From Deinococcales bacterium (GTDB lineage: Bacteria > Deinococcota > Deinococci > Deinococcales > JAAFIG01): a stretch of DNA of 64,000 bases. The first letter of the stretch is position 1, and each line of letters starts with the position of its first letter. The DNA lies in assembly GCA_043778225.1 (NCBI GenBank), contig JAYWGM010000093.1, positions 1 through 64,000 on the forward strand, read 5' to 3'. The notes under the pieces are model-generated. The model was not told the DNA's origin and made no database searches. It was given only the letters and a program-made list of their open reading frames with translations. This document shows positions 20,860-30,578 of this stretch, in pieces. The translations under genes and the position numbers were made by a program.

Positions 20860-21684
20860 ATGCCCAATCATCACGTCCAAAGTAATCTGTTTACCACGCC
20901 TCCCTCGAGTCAATTCGAGCCTTCAATCCCACGCCAAGTACCAATTCAACAGCTCAGTGAGTCTGGTATCAATAGCCTAATTCAAACTGCTTTAATCCCG
21001 CCTAAAGCCAGGGTCACTTGGAAGGGTCAGATTCAAAGCAGTCTCGATGGGAAAGTTTCCCATGCCTTCAAACAAGTTCTCGAGCAGATGAAAGCCTATC
21101 CTGATGTCCTGGTTGTAGATTTTAATTGGACGAACTTTGCAACGTTCTTTAATCATGATTCATGGGGAATGATTGGTAATCTTCATCCTCATAATTGCGT
21201 CAAAGATCGTAGGCAGAACCTGCAACAACTGCTGCTACAACCCTACAATACGGCTCAAAGAACCATTCTCGAGCAAGCCTTAACCATTAATGCCTTAAAT
21301 TCGTATCGCTTGAGCATTCGTAATGCAATGCTCGAGAAACTGGTTGAAGTAGCAAAGGATTATCGTGTGGTGGTCACTGAAACCCTGGATGTTGAGACCT
21401 TACACCAAGCAGCCTGCAAGCAAACAGTCATCAAGGACTTAGGCTGGCTTAATCTACTCGAGGATTTCAAGGGTTTACTCGAGGATCAAGGTACTGAATT
21501 GGTGTTGCTCGAGCGGATGTACAAGAGTTTAACCTGTCCAAATTGTCAGCACTCGAGTCGAGAAAATCGCAATGGAAATTCTTTTTATTGTCTTCGATGT
21601 GGTTTTGGTGGACTACCAGACTTTATGGCTGGGATGAACATGTGGACAGATTGGCTTTCTCGAGCCAAGACGAACCAATTTTAG
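20860..21684 (+). CDS. Truncated/mini TnpB-like RuvC + zinc-ribbon protein (274 aa)
   Basis: SD aggag; RuvC-I-like VLVVD87FNWTNFAT, RuvC-II VVTE174TLDV, 'IKDLGW', CPNC...FYCLRCG zinc finger, RuvC-III PD254FMAGMN. Confidence 0.7.
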   Translation: MPNHHVQSNLFTTPPSSQFEPSIPRQVPIQQLSESGINSLIQTALIPPKARVTWKGQIQSSLDGKVSHAFKQVLEQMKAYPDVLVVDFNWTNFATFFNHDSWGMIGNLHPHNCVKDRRQNLQQLLLQPYNTAQRTILEQALTINALNSYRLSIRNAMLEKLVEVAKDYRVVVTETLDVETLHQAACKQTVIKDLGWLNLLEDFKGLLEDQGTELVLLERMYKSLTCPNCQHSSRENRNGNSFYCLRCGFGGLPDFMAGMNMWTDWLSRAKTNQF

Positions 21685-21725
21685 AAAATAGTTTCAAGGC
21701 ATTAGAAGGTATTAGGAGAACAACA

Positions 21726-22229
21726 ATGAAACAGCTTATTGATTATCTTGGTGCGTTACAAAGCACATTTGAAGTGGCTCGAGCCTTTAATCGTCGTAAA
21801 GACTTAACGTTCATGTTGACTAAAGTCACTTGGGCGTTTTATCTCAATCCGCCAAGTACAAAACGCGAACCAGGTGAATTGAACTTATCAACTTGTAAGG
21901 ATGCCAGTCCAGACTTGGTGTTGATTGAACTAGCCGTGGGTCACCAAGGTTTTGGTGGACCACCGGTTGGAGTCCCAATTCAAGTGTTTAAGACTGCCCT
22001 CGAGCAGGCAATAACAACTTGTTTAGAAACCTTTGATTTGAACTCTGTGGGTGTGGGTGACTTTGATTCAAGCCAAGGTCAAATCATGGTTGGGTTTATG
22101 ATCAACCTAGAAGATCAATTGGAGTTCACCCAAGCCACTCGAGTATCGGAGCATGATGTGATTCACAGGCTAACATTTAGCACTAAACTCAAAGGTCGGT
22201 CCAAGCGGAAAGGTAGGAAAAACGCTTAG
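21726..22229 (+). CDS. Hypothetical protein, co-oriented with the TnpB-like gene
   Basis: Open frame; shares the RBS string taggagaacaa with the preceding gene. Confidence 0.6.
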   Translation: MKQLIDYLGALQSTFEVARAFNRRKDLTFMLTKVTWAFYLNPPSTKREPGELNLSTCKDASPDLVLIELAVGHQGFGGPPVGVPIQVFKTALEQAITTCLETFDLNSVGVGDFDSSQGQIMVGFMINLEDQLEFTQATRVSEHDVIHRLTFSTKLKGRSKRKGRKNA

Positions 22230-22548
22230 ACCAGAATTGAAGTTAAACATGGTCAATGAAATCCTCGAGCCTAGCAACCGATCTGATGATGACCGATTTG
22301 ATGCTGTGGCTCGAGAATCTCAACCGATAATTGCCATAAAACCGAGCCTCAAGCAGCAGTTTACTCGAGCGAACGTAAAGCAGTTTAACGTGTTTAAATG
22401 ACCAATACTCGAGTCTAGATAATTGCAACAAGAACAGTTTTTACTGTGTCTGATGTGGCTTTGGTAGCGTACCAGATTTTACGGTGGCTATGACACTGTG
22501 AGCCGACTGGCTCTCTCGAGCTAAGGGCAATTCGAGTGTGGAGGATAA

Positions 22549-22989
22549 ATGAAGCATTACGAACCGAGTATTTTAGACCTTCAAGCAACTCGAGCATTAT
22601 TGTTTCAAACCATCAAGCAAATTGAAGCTCGAGTCTCGAGGAGATTCAAATGGCAATTAGGCAGTATGGTTGGTATGACCCTCATCAGCCAAGAGTTTCA
22701 AAGCTCGAGTCTCGCAAACCTAAGACTTTTACTGTGTGTCATGAGTTTTGTGCTCTTATGTAGTGCCATGGTGCTATGGATGAGGGTTAGTGCATCAATA
22801 CCGATTCTTGTGAATTCTCGAATAGAGTTTGACGAGATAAGTATTAAAAAGGCTTTGGAAGAGCAGATTCGACGCATGGATGATTGGATTGTAACCGCAA
22901 TCCAACAAGAAAGATTGGTTAATACTTTTGGCTGGATAGGTACTCTACTGACGGTTTTGAGTGCCGTTGGTTTTTTGGTTGGAATTTAA
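22549..22989 (+). CDS. Hypothetical membrane protein
   Basis: SD ggagg before ATG; two to three hydrophobic segments. Confidence 0.6.
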   Translation: MKHYEPSILDLQATRALLFQTIKQIEARVSRRFKWQLGSMVGMTLISQEFQSSSLANLRLLLCVMSFVLLCSAMVLWMRVSASIPILVNSRIEFDEISIKKALEEQIRRMDDWIVTAIQQERLVNTFGWIGTLLTVLSAVGFLVGI

Positions 22990-23102
22990 CAGTATTTAAA
23001 TAGGTATTTTGCGTTAGAAATGCTCAAAATTATTTCTCAATGCTTAGATAAGTAATACTAACTTTATATATAGTAATTAATCTTTGTATAACCATAAGAA
23101 AC

Positions 23103-23131
23103 TTGACAATGCCGTACCTGTATGCTATTGT
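23103..23131 (+). promoter_or_regulatory. Sigma70-type promoter, probably giving a leaderless mRNA from ATG 23139
   Basis: TTGACA-N17-TATTGT with extended TG, 7 nt before ATG. Confidence 0.65.
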
Positions 23132-23138
23132 ATATCCC

Positions 23139-23708
23139 ATGCAATCCCGCGCCGTACCTTGCTTTGCTGATGCACCAATTAAGGTGGTCCCTAATCATTA
23201 TCTATTGGGGCAACCAGTACACGGTGATAGCCCGGCGAACGGTGTTGCGGCTTACGGATCAAATCCCGAACTACAGCAAGATATCGATAGCGAAAATGTA
23301 AAAATAAGATTGGCGAGTTTGGTGTTTGGAACTGCGGGTGCTGCCTGGGTTGGCTCGGTTTTGGCAATCGATCTAGATGCCAGATTTGCGTTTGTCAGCT
23401 TCGTTATTTTGCCATTAATCTTGCTGTTATTTTTTTACTGTATGCGTGCTAAAAGCGATTTTTCCGTACAAAGTGGATCTATTCGCACAAAAATCGCCCA
23501 CTTGCAAGCCAAATTTTTTGCAAAATTACATCGCGTTTTTTCATGTGTTCCTAGGTTTTTATTGGCTTTTTTTAAGTTATTTTTTGCGGATTTTGCATCA
23601 AAAAATCGCCGCGAACTAGATTTTCAAAGGCTAATTTTTTGCCAAATCCGACAGCTTTTCAGAGTCGTTTTGAAAAAAATCACAAACCAAAATCCTCCAT
23701 CCTACTAG
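23139..23708 (+). CDS. Hypothetical membrane protein at the start of the satellite-like module
   Basis: Open frame directly behind a canonical promoter; two hydrophobic helices; AT-rich C-terminus is less convincing. Confidence 0.45.
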   Translation: MQSRAVPCFADAPIKVVPNHYLLGQPVHGDSPANGVAAYGSNPELQQDIDSENVKIRLASLVFGTAGAAWVGSVLAIDLDARFAFVSFVILPLILLLFFYCMRAKSDFSVQSGSIRTKIAHLQAKFFAKLHRVFSCVPRFLLAFFKLFFADFASKNRRELDFQRLIFCQIRQLFRVVLKKITNQNPPSY

Positions 23709-23769
23709 CGAGAGGCGGCTTGAGATGGTCTCGAGCCAAACTACTCGCTGGTACGATGGGGTTTTTTCT

Positions 23770-23970
23770 ATGCAAAATATCAGTATAAACAGTGTTGAAC
23801 GGATTACACTAAATCCGCACGAGGCAGCAGCCATAGCAGGTGTGGGACACAACCGAATCCGTGAATGGGTAAATTCGGGTGCATTACCCGCTTTACCTGG
23901 AAAACGAATCCTAATCGTTAGGAAAACGCTAATTGCATTTCTCGAGTCGCAATCTCGAGGGCGGAAATAA
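23770..23970 (+). CDS. Excisionase-like HTH DNA-binding protein
   Basis: 'LNPHEAAAIAGVGHNRIREWVNSGALPA..GKRILIVRKTLIAFLE' HTH_17/Xis pattern; stop overlaps the primase ATG. Confidence 0.85.
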   Translation: MQNISINSVERITLNPHEAAAIAGVGHNRIREWVNSGALPALPGKRILIVRKTLIAFLESQSRGRK

Positions 23971-26876
23971 TGTCGCCCCGTGTTAGCGGCACGGGGCAGA
24001 ACAACAAAATCTCATCCGAAATTGTACAACAAAATGCACCCGATTGTGCAGATTTGAACCACAATTTCGTTACGGATTCGTTGTCAATTGCCCAACCGAA
24101 TTTCACAGAAGCAAGTCGGTTTTTAGATATTATTGCGCTCCCCAACGAACCAATCACGTTTCAGACGTTCGATGATTCTCCTAAAAAACGCTCAAAACTG
24201 ATTTCGCTACACACTGGAACACTCGAGTCTCAAAAAACACGTCTCAGGCAGCTAAATTTACAGGGGGCAGGCGTTTTTGTTACCGTAAATTGTCAGGACA
24301 AACCGCACATCAGAAATGCGGTCAATACCACGCGGGTACGGGCATTATTTGCCGATCTGGACGGTGTATCACTCGATACGATACGAAAAATCGCGCTACT
24401 ACCAACAATGATCACAGAATCGTCAGATAATCGATTTCATGTCTACTGGTGTGTTGATGATGTCCCAGTCAACCAATTCAAAATGTTGCAAAAACGCATT
24501 GCAGCGATCCTGAACAGCGATTCATCGGTATGCGATTTGCCACGAGTGATGCGTTTGCCCGGGTTTCTACACAACAAAGCAATTCCGTTTCAAACCCGAA
24601 TTCTCGAGATTTATCGTGAACGACGGTATACTCTCGACAAATTTGAGAATGCCCTGACTATCAGCGAAAATACGCCTCGAGTGGACAAAATCAATGTTCA
24701 GAATCACCTCAAACGTACTATTGCGGCGATAAAAAACGCAAAAAAATCAACTCGTAACAGTACATTAAACAAACAGGCATTTCATATGGGTCAAATCAGC
24801 GTAAATAGCACACTAGATACGCAAAAAACCATTGAATTGCTCGAGAATGCTGGGGTTGAATCAGGGTTGTCTCGAGACGAGGCTCAATCAACTGTTCGCA
24901 GTGGTTTTGAGGCTGGACAACGTACTCCACACCAATCGTTCAATACTAAACCCGAGCAACAATATGATTCACTCGAGCGGTTTCAGGTTGCGGATGGTTG
25001 TATTTGCGAGGTTCGCAAAACCCCGAATGGCGACACTGAGCGTATACCATTGTGTAATTTTATTGCCACTATTAAAACTGAATTGTTGTGCGACGACGGT
25101 ATCAATCAGCATCGAGTGTTTCAGATTAGCGGGAAACTGCGTGATGGGCGCGATTTGCCAGAATGCGAAATTGCCGCAGAACAATTTGGGGCAATGCAAT
25201 GGATTGTTCCCAGTTGGGGTGCAGCAGCAATTGTTGCAACTGGTGCAGGTACTCGAGACAAACTGCGACAAGCAATTCAGCAATTGAGTGCTGAAAAAAT
25301 CACGTTTCAGACACAATATACGTATACTGGTTGGCGAAAAATTGGTAGGAATTGGGTATATTTGAGTGCATCGGGGGGCGTTGGTGCAGATGGTACTGTG
25401 CCAGGAATCGCCGTGAAACTCACCGCTGCCCTCGAGAAATACACCCTGCCAGCACCCCCTACATCACAGCAGGAAATTCGTCGCACAGTTCGCGCCAGTT
25501 TAGCCTGCCTCGATGTTGCTCCTCGAGAAATCACGCTGTTGTTGTGGTTAGCAGCATATCGGGCTGTAATTGATACGCCACGTTTTAGCGTGTATCTGTA
25601 CGGACTGACGGGTGCGATAAAATCTGGTGTAGCAGCAATGGCACTACAACATTTTGCGCCAACAGCCCATTACGATGCCCTGACCGTACAATGGGAATCC
25701 ACGGGCAACGCACTCGAGCGATTATTGTTTGAGGCACAGCATACCGTAACCGTAATTGATGATTTTCAACCGCAGGGAACGAGGCAAAATGTCAACGAAC
25801 TGAATACTCGATCAAATCGTGTGCTACGCGCACAGGGCAATGGTGGTGGGCGCTCGAGAATGGGTGCAGATTTACGTCTGCGCCCAGATTTTCCGCCGCG
25901 AGGGATGACCATTTCCACAGGGGAGGATGTTCCCAGTGGAACGAGTCTACGTGCGCGGCTGCTGATTCTCGAGATTCCAAAAAATGTGGTGACGCTCGAG
26001 CGATTACGGGCAGTATCGAAAATTGGACGAGAGGGGGTATTGGCTGGTGCAATGGCAGCATTTATCCAGTGGTTAGCGCGAGATTTAGATGGCTATCGTC
26101 AGCAGTTCGAAATTGAAGCTAACAATGCAGAATCGGTTTTTGTGGCATCGCACCGCCGAAATACCACAGCCGCGTCAGAAATGTTGGCAACGTTCCAATT
26201 GTGGTCAAAATTTGCACTCGAGATGGATTGTCTCGAGCCAGTAGAACTGGACAACCTAGAACATCAATTACTTACAGCACTGCAAAAAATTATTGCTGCA
26301 CAGGTTGAACAACATGCTGTGACTGATCCAGCCACGCGATTTCCTAGCCTGATTCGTGGGATGCTGTTATCTGGCAGGATTCACCTCCTGAGCGCTGATT
26401 CGGGTCTCGAGACACCAACCGTCCCCGAACATTGGGGTTGGCGCAGCCAAACTATCGGACTGGGTGAACAGTCACTAATAGAGTGGCAGCCGCGTGGTCG
26501 ATGTGTTGGCTGGGTGCGACAACCAACTACACAGGACGATCCAAATGTTTATTTTGATCCAAACGCAGTTTATGCGGAATTGATCCGATACTCTGTTTCG
26601 GTTGGTGACGCAATTGTGCGTACACCTCCAACCTTTTGGCGTGAGATTGCTGCCAAACGATTGATATATACTGATGTAAACTCCAACACAGTAAAACGTA
26701 CAATCCGAGGTGACAAACACCGTGTTGTACATGTTACTCCAGATTGTGTTTCGCAAATCCTGACGGGTGATCGCGCAGAAAACACTGGGACTGATGGGAC
26801 TCATGGGACTGCTACGTTAAATACACAGTTAATTGAAACCAGAACCAATTATTGGCTCGAGCAATTCCCAGCTTAA
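23970..26876 (+). CDS. RepB-type primase fused to a DUF927-like/P-loop helicase domain
   Basis: 'GVFVTVN...VRALFADLD...ESS..RFHVYW...D.SVCDLPRVMRLPGFLH.K' primase motifs; Walker A-like GLTGAIKS; Walker B 'VIDD'. Confidence 0.8.
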   Translation: MSPRVSGTGQNNKISSEIVQQNAPDCADLNHNFVTDSLSIAQPNFTEASRFLDIIALPNEPITFQTFDDSPKKRSKLISLHTGTLESQKTRLRQLNLQGAGVFVTVNCQDKPHIRNAVNTTRVRALFADLDGVSLDTIRKIALLPTMITESSDNRFHVYWCVDDVPVNQFKMLQKRIAAILNSDSSVCDLPRVMRLPGFLHNKAIPFQTRILEIYRERRYTLDKFENALTISENTPRVDKINVQNHLKRTIAAIKNAKKSTRNSTLNKQAFHMGQISVNSTLDTQKTIELLENAGVESGLSRDEAQSTVRSGFEAGQRTPHQSFNTKPEQQYDSLERFQVADGCICEVRKTPNGDTERIPLCNFIATIKTELLCDDGINQHRVFQISGKLRDGRDLPECEIAAEQFGAMQWIVPSWGAAAIVATGAGTRDKLRQAIQQLSAEKITFQTQYTYTGWRKIGRNWVYLSASGGVGADGTVPGIAVKLTAALEKYTLPAPPTSQQEIRRTVRASLACLDVAPREITLLLWLAAYRAVIDTPRFSVYLYGLTGAIKSGVAAMALQHFAPTAHYDALTVQWESTGNALERLLFEAQHTVTVIDDFQPQGTRQNVNELNTRSNRVLRAQGNGGGRSRMGADLRLRPDFPPRGMTISTGEDVPSGTSLRARLLILEIPKNVVTLERLRAVSKIGREGVLAGAMAAFIQWLARDLDGYRQQFEIEANNAESVFVASHRRNTTAASEMLATFQLWSKFALEMDCLEPVELDNLEHQLLTALQKIIAAQVEQHAVTDPATRFPSLIRGMLLSGRIHLLSADSGLETPTVPEHWGWRSQTIGLGEQSLIEWQPRGRCVGWVRQPTTQDDPNVYFDPNAVYAELIRYSVSVGDAIVRTPPTFWREIAAKRLIYTDVNSNTVKRTIRGDKHRVVHVTPDCVSQILTGDRAENTGTDGTHGTATLNTQLIETRTNYWLEQFPA

Positions 26877-26960
26877 ATCTCAGCATTTAGATTACTGGGA
26901 GATAGATTTAATCTGTGATTAACAGGTAAATCCCACATCTCCCAGTAATCCCAACAACTG
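26784..26960. repeat. Putative replication origin with TGGGA iterons and a 14-bp inverted repeat
   Basis: actgggactgatgggactcatgggact; gattactgggagat (26890-26903) / atctcccagtaatc (26937-26950); extra tccca copies. Confidence 0.6.
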
Positions 26961-27054
26961 GAAACTTGACTTTAAGTTGGATGTGGAACTCAAAATAATT
27001 CTGCCTTCAAAAGAATATAATAAATAAAATTATCTATTTACGAACAGGAGCAGT

Positions 27055-28410
27055 ATGCCTAAAAAACAAAAAAGTGGGCTTCCCGAGGGAATTGATCTCT
27101 TACCAAGTGGCTTGTACCGATGGCGTTCACCTGTTGGATACAAAAATGGCAAACAAGTCCGCGTCAGTGGCACGACAACCAGCCTAAAAACAGCAAAGAT
27201 GGAACGTGCAAAAGCGCTGACAGATCGCGCTCGTGGCAAATTGGCAATGCCAGAAAACACAACAGTCAGAGAATATGCCAAGCTATGGTTAGATAGAAAG
27301 AAAAACATTACCATTAACACGCGAAATCGCTATGAAGAACACTTGAAAGCCGCCTGTAACGCTGGGCTGGGTGAAATTAAACTGCAAAGTGTCAGAACAC
27401 ATCATATTAAAGAAGCCCTCTCGAGTCTTGCCGATAAAGTTATGACAAGTGGTTTGGGTAAAGGGCGTGTCATGAGTTCTGCAACCCTTGCTAACATTCG
27501 TATGTTACTCAGAACTATGTTCAAAGAAGCCTATGGTGAAGATGGCGTGATCGCATTTAACCCTGCTGATATGGTTAGGCGAGTGAAGCCGCTCAAAACT
27601 GAACATGGTGGTATCTCACTAGACTTTTCAGAGGTTGCCCAATTATATGAACTGGGAGAGGCATTGTACGCAGGCGGTAATTTGCGTTTGTGGCTTGCAT
27701 TGTTTACGTGTATTTCAATCGGATTAAGACGCGGTGAGGTAATGGGATTGAGGTGGTGCGATATTGACCTCGAAAAAGGCTTACTTCGCGTTGAAAAAAA
27801 CCTATCTGCACCCAAAAGTGTTCTAACCCTTGGAGACACAAAAACCGATGGCTCGAGGCGCGAAATTCTCATACCACCGAGTCTTAAAGCGGCACTCAAT
27901 CGGCAAAGAGCAGCAATGGAGTATGAAGCCAATCTCCGAGGTGAAACAGTACGCCCCGAAATGCCTGTTTTTGCCAATGTACATGGCGGTCATGGCTACC
28001 CCGAGCATTTACACCGAGCTTTAAAATGGTTATTAGATTGGTCACACGCACCAACGATTCAAACCAAAGCCGATGGTGGACTCGAGACACCCCAAGAAGC
28101 TGAAAGTCGATTTAAGCGGCGATTTATCAGCATCAAAAAAGAACACCAGGCACAACTCGAGCGTCTAATCCGAAATAGTACCCCTTTGCAACGCATATCA
28201 CCACACGATCTTCGCCATACGGCAGGAACACTCATGCTCCGACGTGGTGTGCCAATTGAAGTGGTTTCTAAAACCCTAGGTCATAAAGACATTACCGTGA
28301 CGTATAGAGTTTACCGCCATGTTCTCGAGTCAGAGAAACGCGCACATCTTGTGGATTTATTCGAGAATTTTAACTTGGTTCAAACAACGACTACCCAGCC
28401 TTTGAATTGA
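27055..28410 (+). CDS. int: Tyrosine recombinase / phage-type integrase
   Basis: Catalytic R (GLRRGE), HDLRH, LGH and Y (VYRH); adjacent to a tRNA 3' end. Confidence 0.95.
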   Translation: MPKKQKSGLPEGIDLLPSGLYRWRSPVGYKNGKQVRVSGTTTSLKTAKMERAKALTDRARGKLAMPENTTVREYAKLWLDRKKNITINTRNRYEEHLKAACNAGLGEIKLQSVRTHHIKEALSSLADKVMTSGLGKGRVMSSATLANIRMLLRTMFKEAYGEDGVIAFNPADMVRRVKPLKTEHGGISLDFSEVAQLYELGEALYAGGNLRLWLALFTCISIGLRRGEVMGLRWCDIDLEKGLLRVEKNLSAPKSVLTLGDTKTDGSRREILIPPSLKAALNRQRAAMEYEANLRGETVRPEMPVFANVHGGHGYPEHLHRALKWLLDWSHAPTIQTKADGGLETPQEAESRFKRRFISIKKEHQAQLERLIRNSTPLQRISPHDLRHTAGTLMLRRGVPIEVVSKTLGHKDITVTYRVYRHVLESEKRAHLVDLFENFNLVQTTTTQPLN

Positions 28411-28436
28411 GCAATTTTGTCGGTTTTTTGAATTTG

Positions 28437-28490
28437 AGGTCACAGCAAGGTCACAGAGAATCACCGAAGCATCAAATCGCTTCGGTGATT
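28437..28490 (+). promoter_or_regulatory. att-proximal arm-type direct repeats and a hairpin/terminator
   Basis: aggtcacag twice in 11-bp register; aatcaccgaagc / gcttcggtgatt 12-bp perfect stem. Confidence 0.55.
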
Positions 28491-28521
28491 TCATTTTATA
28501 GCGTTCTGCACGCTATTTACT

Positions 28522-28598
28522 TGGCGCACCCAGAGAGGCTCGAACTCCCGACCCGCGAGTTAGAAGCTCGCTGCTCTATCCGGCTGAGCTATGGGTGC
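28522..28598 (-). tRNA. tRNA-Arg (anticodon TCT)
   Basis: Reverse complement gcacccatagctcagccggatagagca-gcgag-cttctaa-ctcgc-...-gttcga-...-gggtgcgcca; cloverleaf with encoded CCA. Confidence 0.97.
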
Positions 28599-28674
28599 AT
28601 CAGCGCTTGAGGATTGTAAGGCTCAAAGCTCGAGAAACGCAAGTGTAGTTTATTGGGCGCTCTAAGTGCATGGT

Positions 28675-29073
28675 TTATTGGGCGCTCTCGAGGTCTGGGC
28701 GCAAGACAACTGCGCCGCGCAAATAGACGTGCTTAATTTCCCGTTGGCTTTTATTGGTATTCAAATGCAGCATTACCCGAATAGCACGCTCGAGCCGATT
28801 AGGCACATGAATCTCGAGGGCGTTTAAGAGCGGCACAAACTTCATCCCCAGTCCATTTCGGGCAGCCTCGGCAGGAAAGGCTGCATCCAAGTCTTTAGTG
28901 ACAGTAAAGATGATGCTACAGACAGCTTCGAGTTCTTCAAAGGTTGGATTTTTGGCATCGGCACAAAGGCGGTTGACATCAAGTATTTCGACCAACAACT
29001 CTTGGGTTGCTTCAAAAATTGCTGTAGCTGTGTTTTCTGTTACGGTCGTTGCGCCGCGAACCCCTCGAATCAT
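28675..29073 (-). CDS. aroH: Chorismate mutase, AroH type
   Basis: '[11 protein letters not shown]...[13 protein letters not shown]...IRVMLH...[13 protein letters not shown]'. Confidence 0.95.
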   Translation of the reverse strand: MIRGVRGATTVTENTATAIFEATQELLVEILDVNRLCADAKNPTFEELEAVCSIIFTVTKDLDAAFPAEAARNGLGMKFVPLLNALEIHVPNRLERAIRVMLHLNTNKSQREIKHVYLRGAVVLRPDLESAQ

Positions 29074-29102
29074 GGCTCGAGTGTAACATGACTCGTTAGA
29101 TT

Positions 29103-30578
29103 TTATTTGGAGAATCCTAGGGTCGCCTCGAATCCTTTTTGATAACTGTCAAAGGCAGTATCTAGGCTCGAGTCTAGGCTGATTTCAAATGGTTCGGTGC
29201 TTGGCGCTGTGGCTTTTAGAGCAGTCACCACATCGGGATAAAGACCCGCACCGACTAACCCAAGAATCGCCGCACCACGGGCAGGTCCTTCTTCAAGGGC
29301 GGGTTTCTCGAGTGGCAACCCGAGCGCATTGCCAACAATGTCTAACCAGAGGCTCGAGCGTGTGCCGCCGCCAACTGCTAAAAGTTTTTGGGCTTTGGCA
29401 ATCGGGTTCATGACTTCTAAGGTTTGGCGCAAGCTAAAGGCAACACCCTCGAGAATGGCTCGAGTTAGGTGTCCTCGGGTGTGGGCAAGGCTCAGTCCTA
29501 GCCATGCACCGCGCAAGTCTGGATTAAGATGCGGACTGCGTTCGCCAGCCAAATACGGCATAAAAGTCAATCCATCCGAGCCACTTGGCACATCGGCTGC
29601 CTCGAGCATCAGTTCATTAAACGGTACGTTTTTAGCAAGGGTATCTCTAAACCACTGTAAACTGCCTGCCGCGCTCAGGGTGCAACCCAAAAAGAAGTAA
29701 CCACCATCGGCATGGCAAAATAAATGTACCCGTCCATTGGGTTCAGAAATTGGTTGCTCGAGTGGCACTACAATCACCCCACTTGTGCCAAGACTGACAC
29801 TGCCCAGCCCAAGATTTTGGCTCGAGACCCCCAAGCCAATCTGTGCGCCAGCATTATCGCCAGCCCCAGCCACGACTGGAATCCCGACCGGCAAGCCCGT
29901 TTGGGTTGCCCAGTTTGGGCTGATTTGCCCAATAACCGTATGCGAGGCTTGAACGCCCGAAAAGAACCTGACGGGGATATTTAGGGCGCTTAAAATATCG
30001 GTATCCCAATCTCGTTTGGCAAGATTTAACGCCCCAACGCCACTGGCATCGGACGGGTCAGTGGCAAGCTGACCTGTCAACATAAAATTCAGATAATCCT
30101 TGGGCAACAAAACATGGCGTACTTTGGCAAAGTGTTCAGGTTCGGCTTGGCGCAACCACAAAAGTTTAGGCAACTGAAAACCAGTCACGGCGGGGTTGCC
30201 AGTGCGCTGAATTAACTCGAGCCGTGGAATTGCCACCTCCATCTCGAGACAGGCGGCAGCCGTGCGCTGGTCGTTCCAGAGTGGGGCTGGGCGAATCACT
30301 TTCTGGCTTGCGTCCAGAAAAACTGCACCGTGCATCTGACCAGCCACACCAATCGCAATCGGGGTGTACTTATGCTCGAGTTGCGTTGTCAGGGCTTTGA
30401 GGGCTGTCTGAACCCCCTCGAGCCAATCGGCTGGATGTTGTTCTGTCCAACCGGGTTGCGGCGTTAAAAGCGGGTAGGTGGCGCTAGACTCGGCAACGCT
30501 TACGCCATTGGCGTTAAGGGCAATAACTTTTACACCACTTGTGCCGAGGTCAATGCCTATCGAGACGGGTTCAGTCAT
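29103..30578 (-). CDS. xylB: Xylulokinase
   Basis: FGGY kinase motifs [32 protein letters not shown]; start placed at the ATG near 30578 is an estimate. Confidence 0.92.
   Translation of the reverse strand: MTEPVSIGIDLGTSGVKVIALNANGVSVAESSATYPLLTPQPGWTEQHPADWLEGVQTALKALTTQLEHKYTPIAIGVAGQMHGAVFLDASQKVIRPAPLWNDQRTAAACLEMEVAIPRLELIQRTGNPAVTGFQLPKLLWLRQAEPEHFAKVRHVLLPKDYLNFMLTGQLATDPSDASGVGALNLAKRDWDTDILSALNIPVRFFSGVQASHTVIGQISPNWATQTGLPVGIPVVAGAGDNAGAQIGLGVSSQNLGLGSVSLGTSGVIVVPLEQPISEPNGRVHLFCHADGGYFFLGCTLSAAGSLQWFRDTLAKNVPFNELMLEAADVPSGSDGLTFMPYLAGERSPHLNPDLRGAWLGLSLAHTRGHLTRAILEGVAFSLRQTLEVMNPIAKAQKLLAVGGGTRSSLWLDIVGNALGLPLEKPALEEGPARGAAILGLVGAGLYPDVVTALKATAPSTEPFEISLDSSLDTAFDSYQKGFEATLGFSK

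Larger units (their letters stand above)
23103..28521. mobile_element. tRNA-Arg-integrated satellite-like element core (xis, primase-helicase, ori, int); the island probably extends to or beyond the left window edge
   Basis: Gene set and integrase next to the tRNA 3' end; accessory gene content to the left; second att copy not found in the window. Confidence 0.75.

Noticed and set aside
20860..21684. Intact IS200/IS605 element or Cas12f system
   Set aside because: No tnpA, no recognisable IS ends, no CRISPR array, and the N-terminal lobe is missing
22249..22401. 50-codon ORF between two hypothetical genes
   Set aside because: No clear RBS or family resemblance; cannot be supported
23011..23025. 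gcgttagaaatgctc resembling the tRNA anticodon region as an att remnant
   Set aside because: Flanking sequence shows no similarity to the rest of the tRNA 3' half
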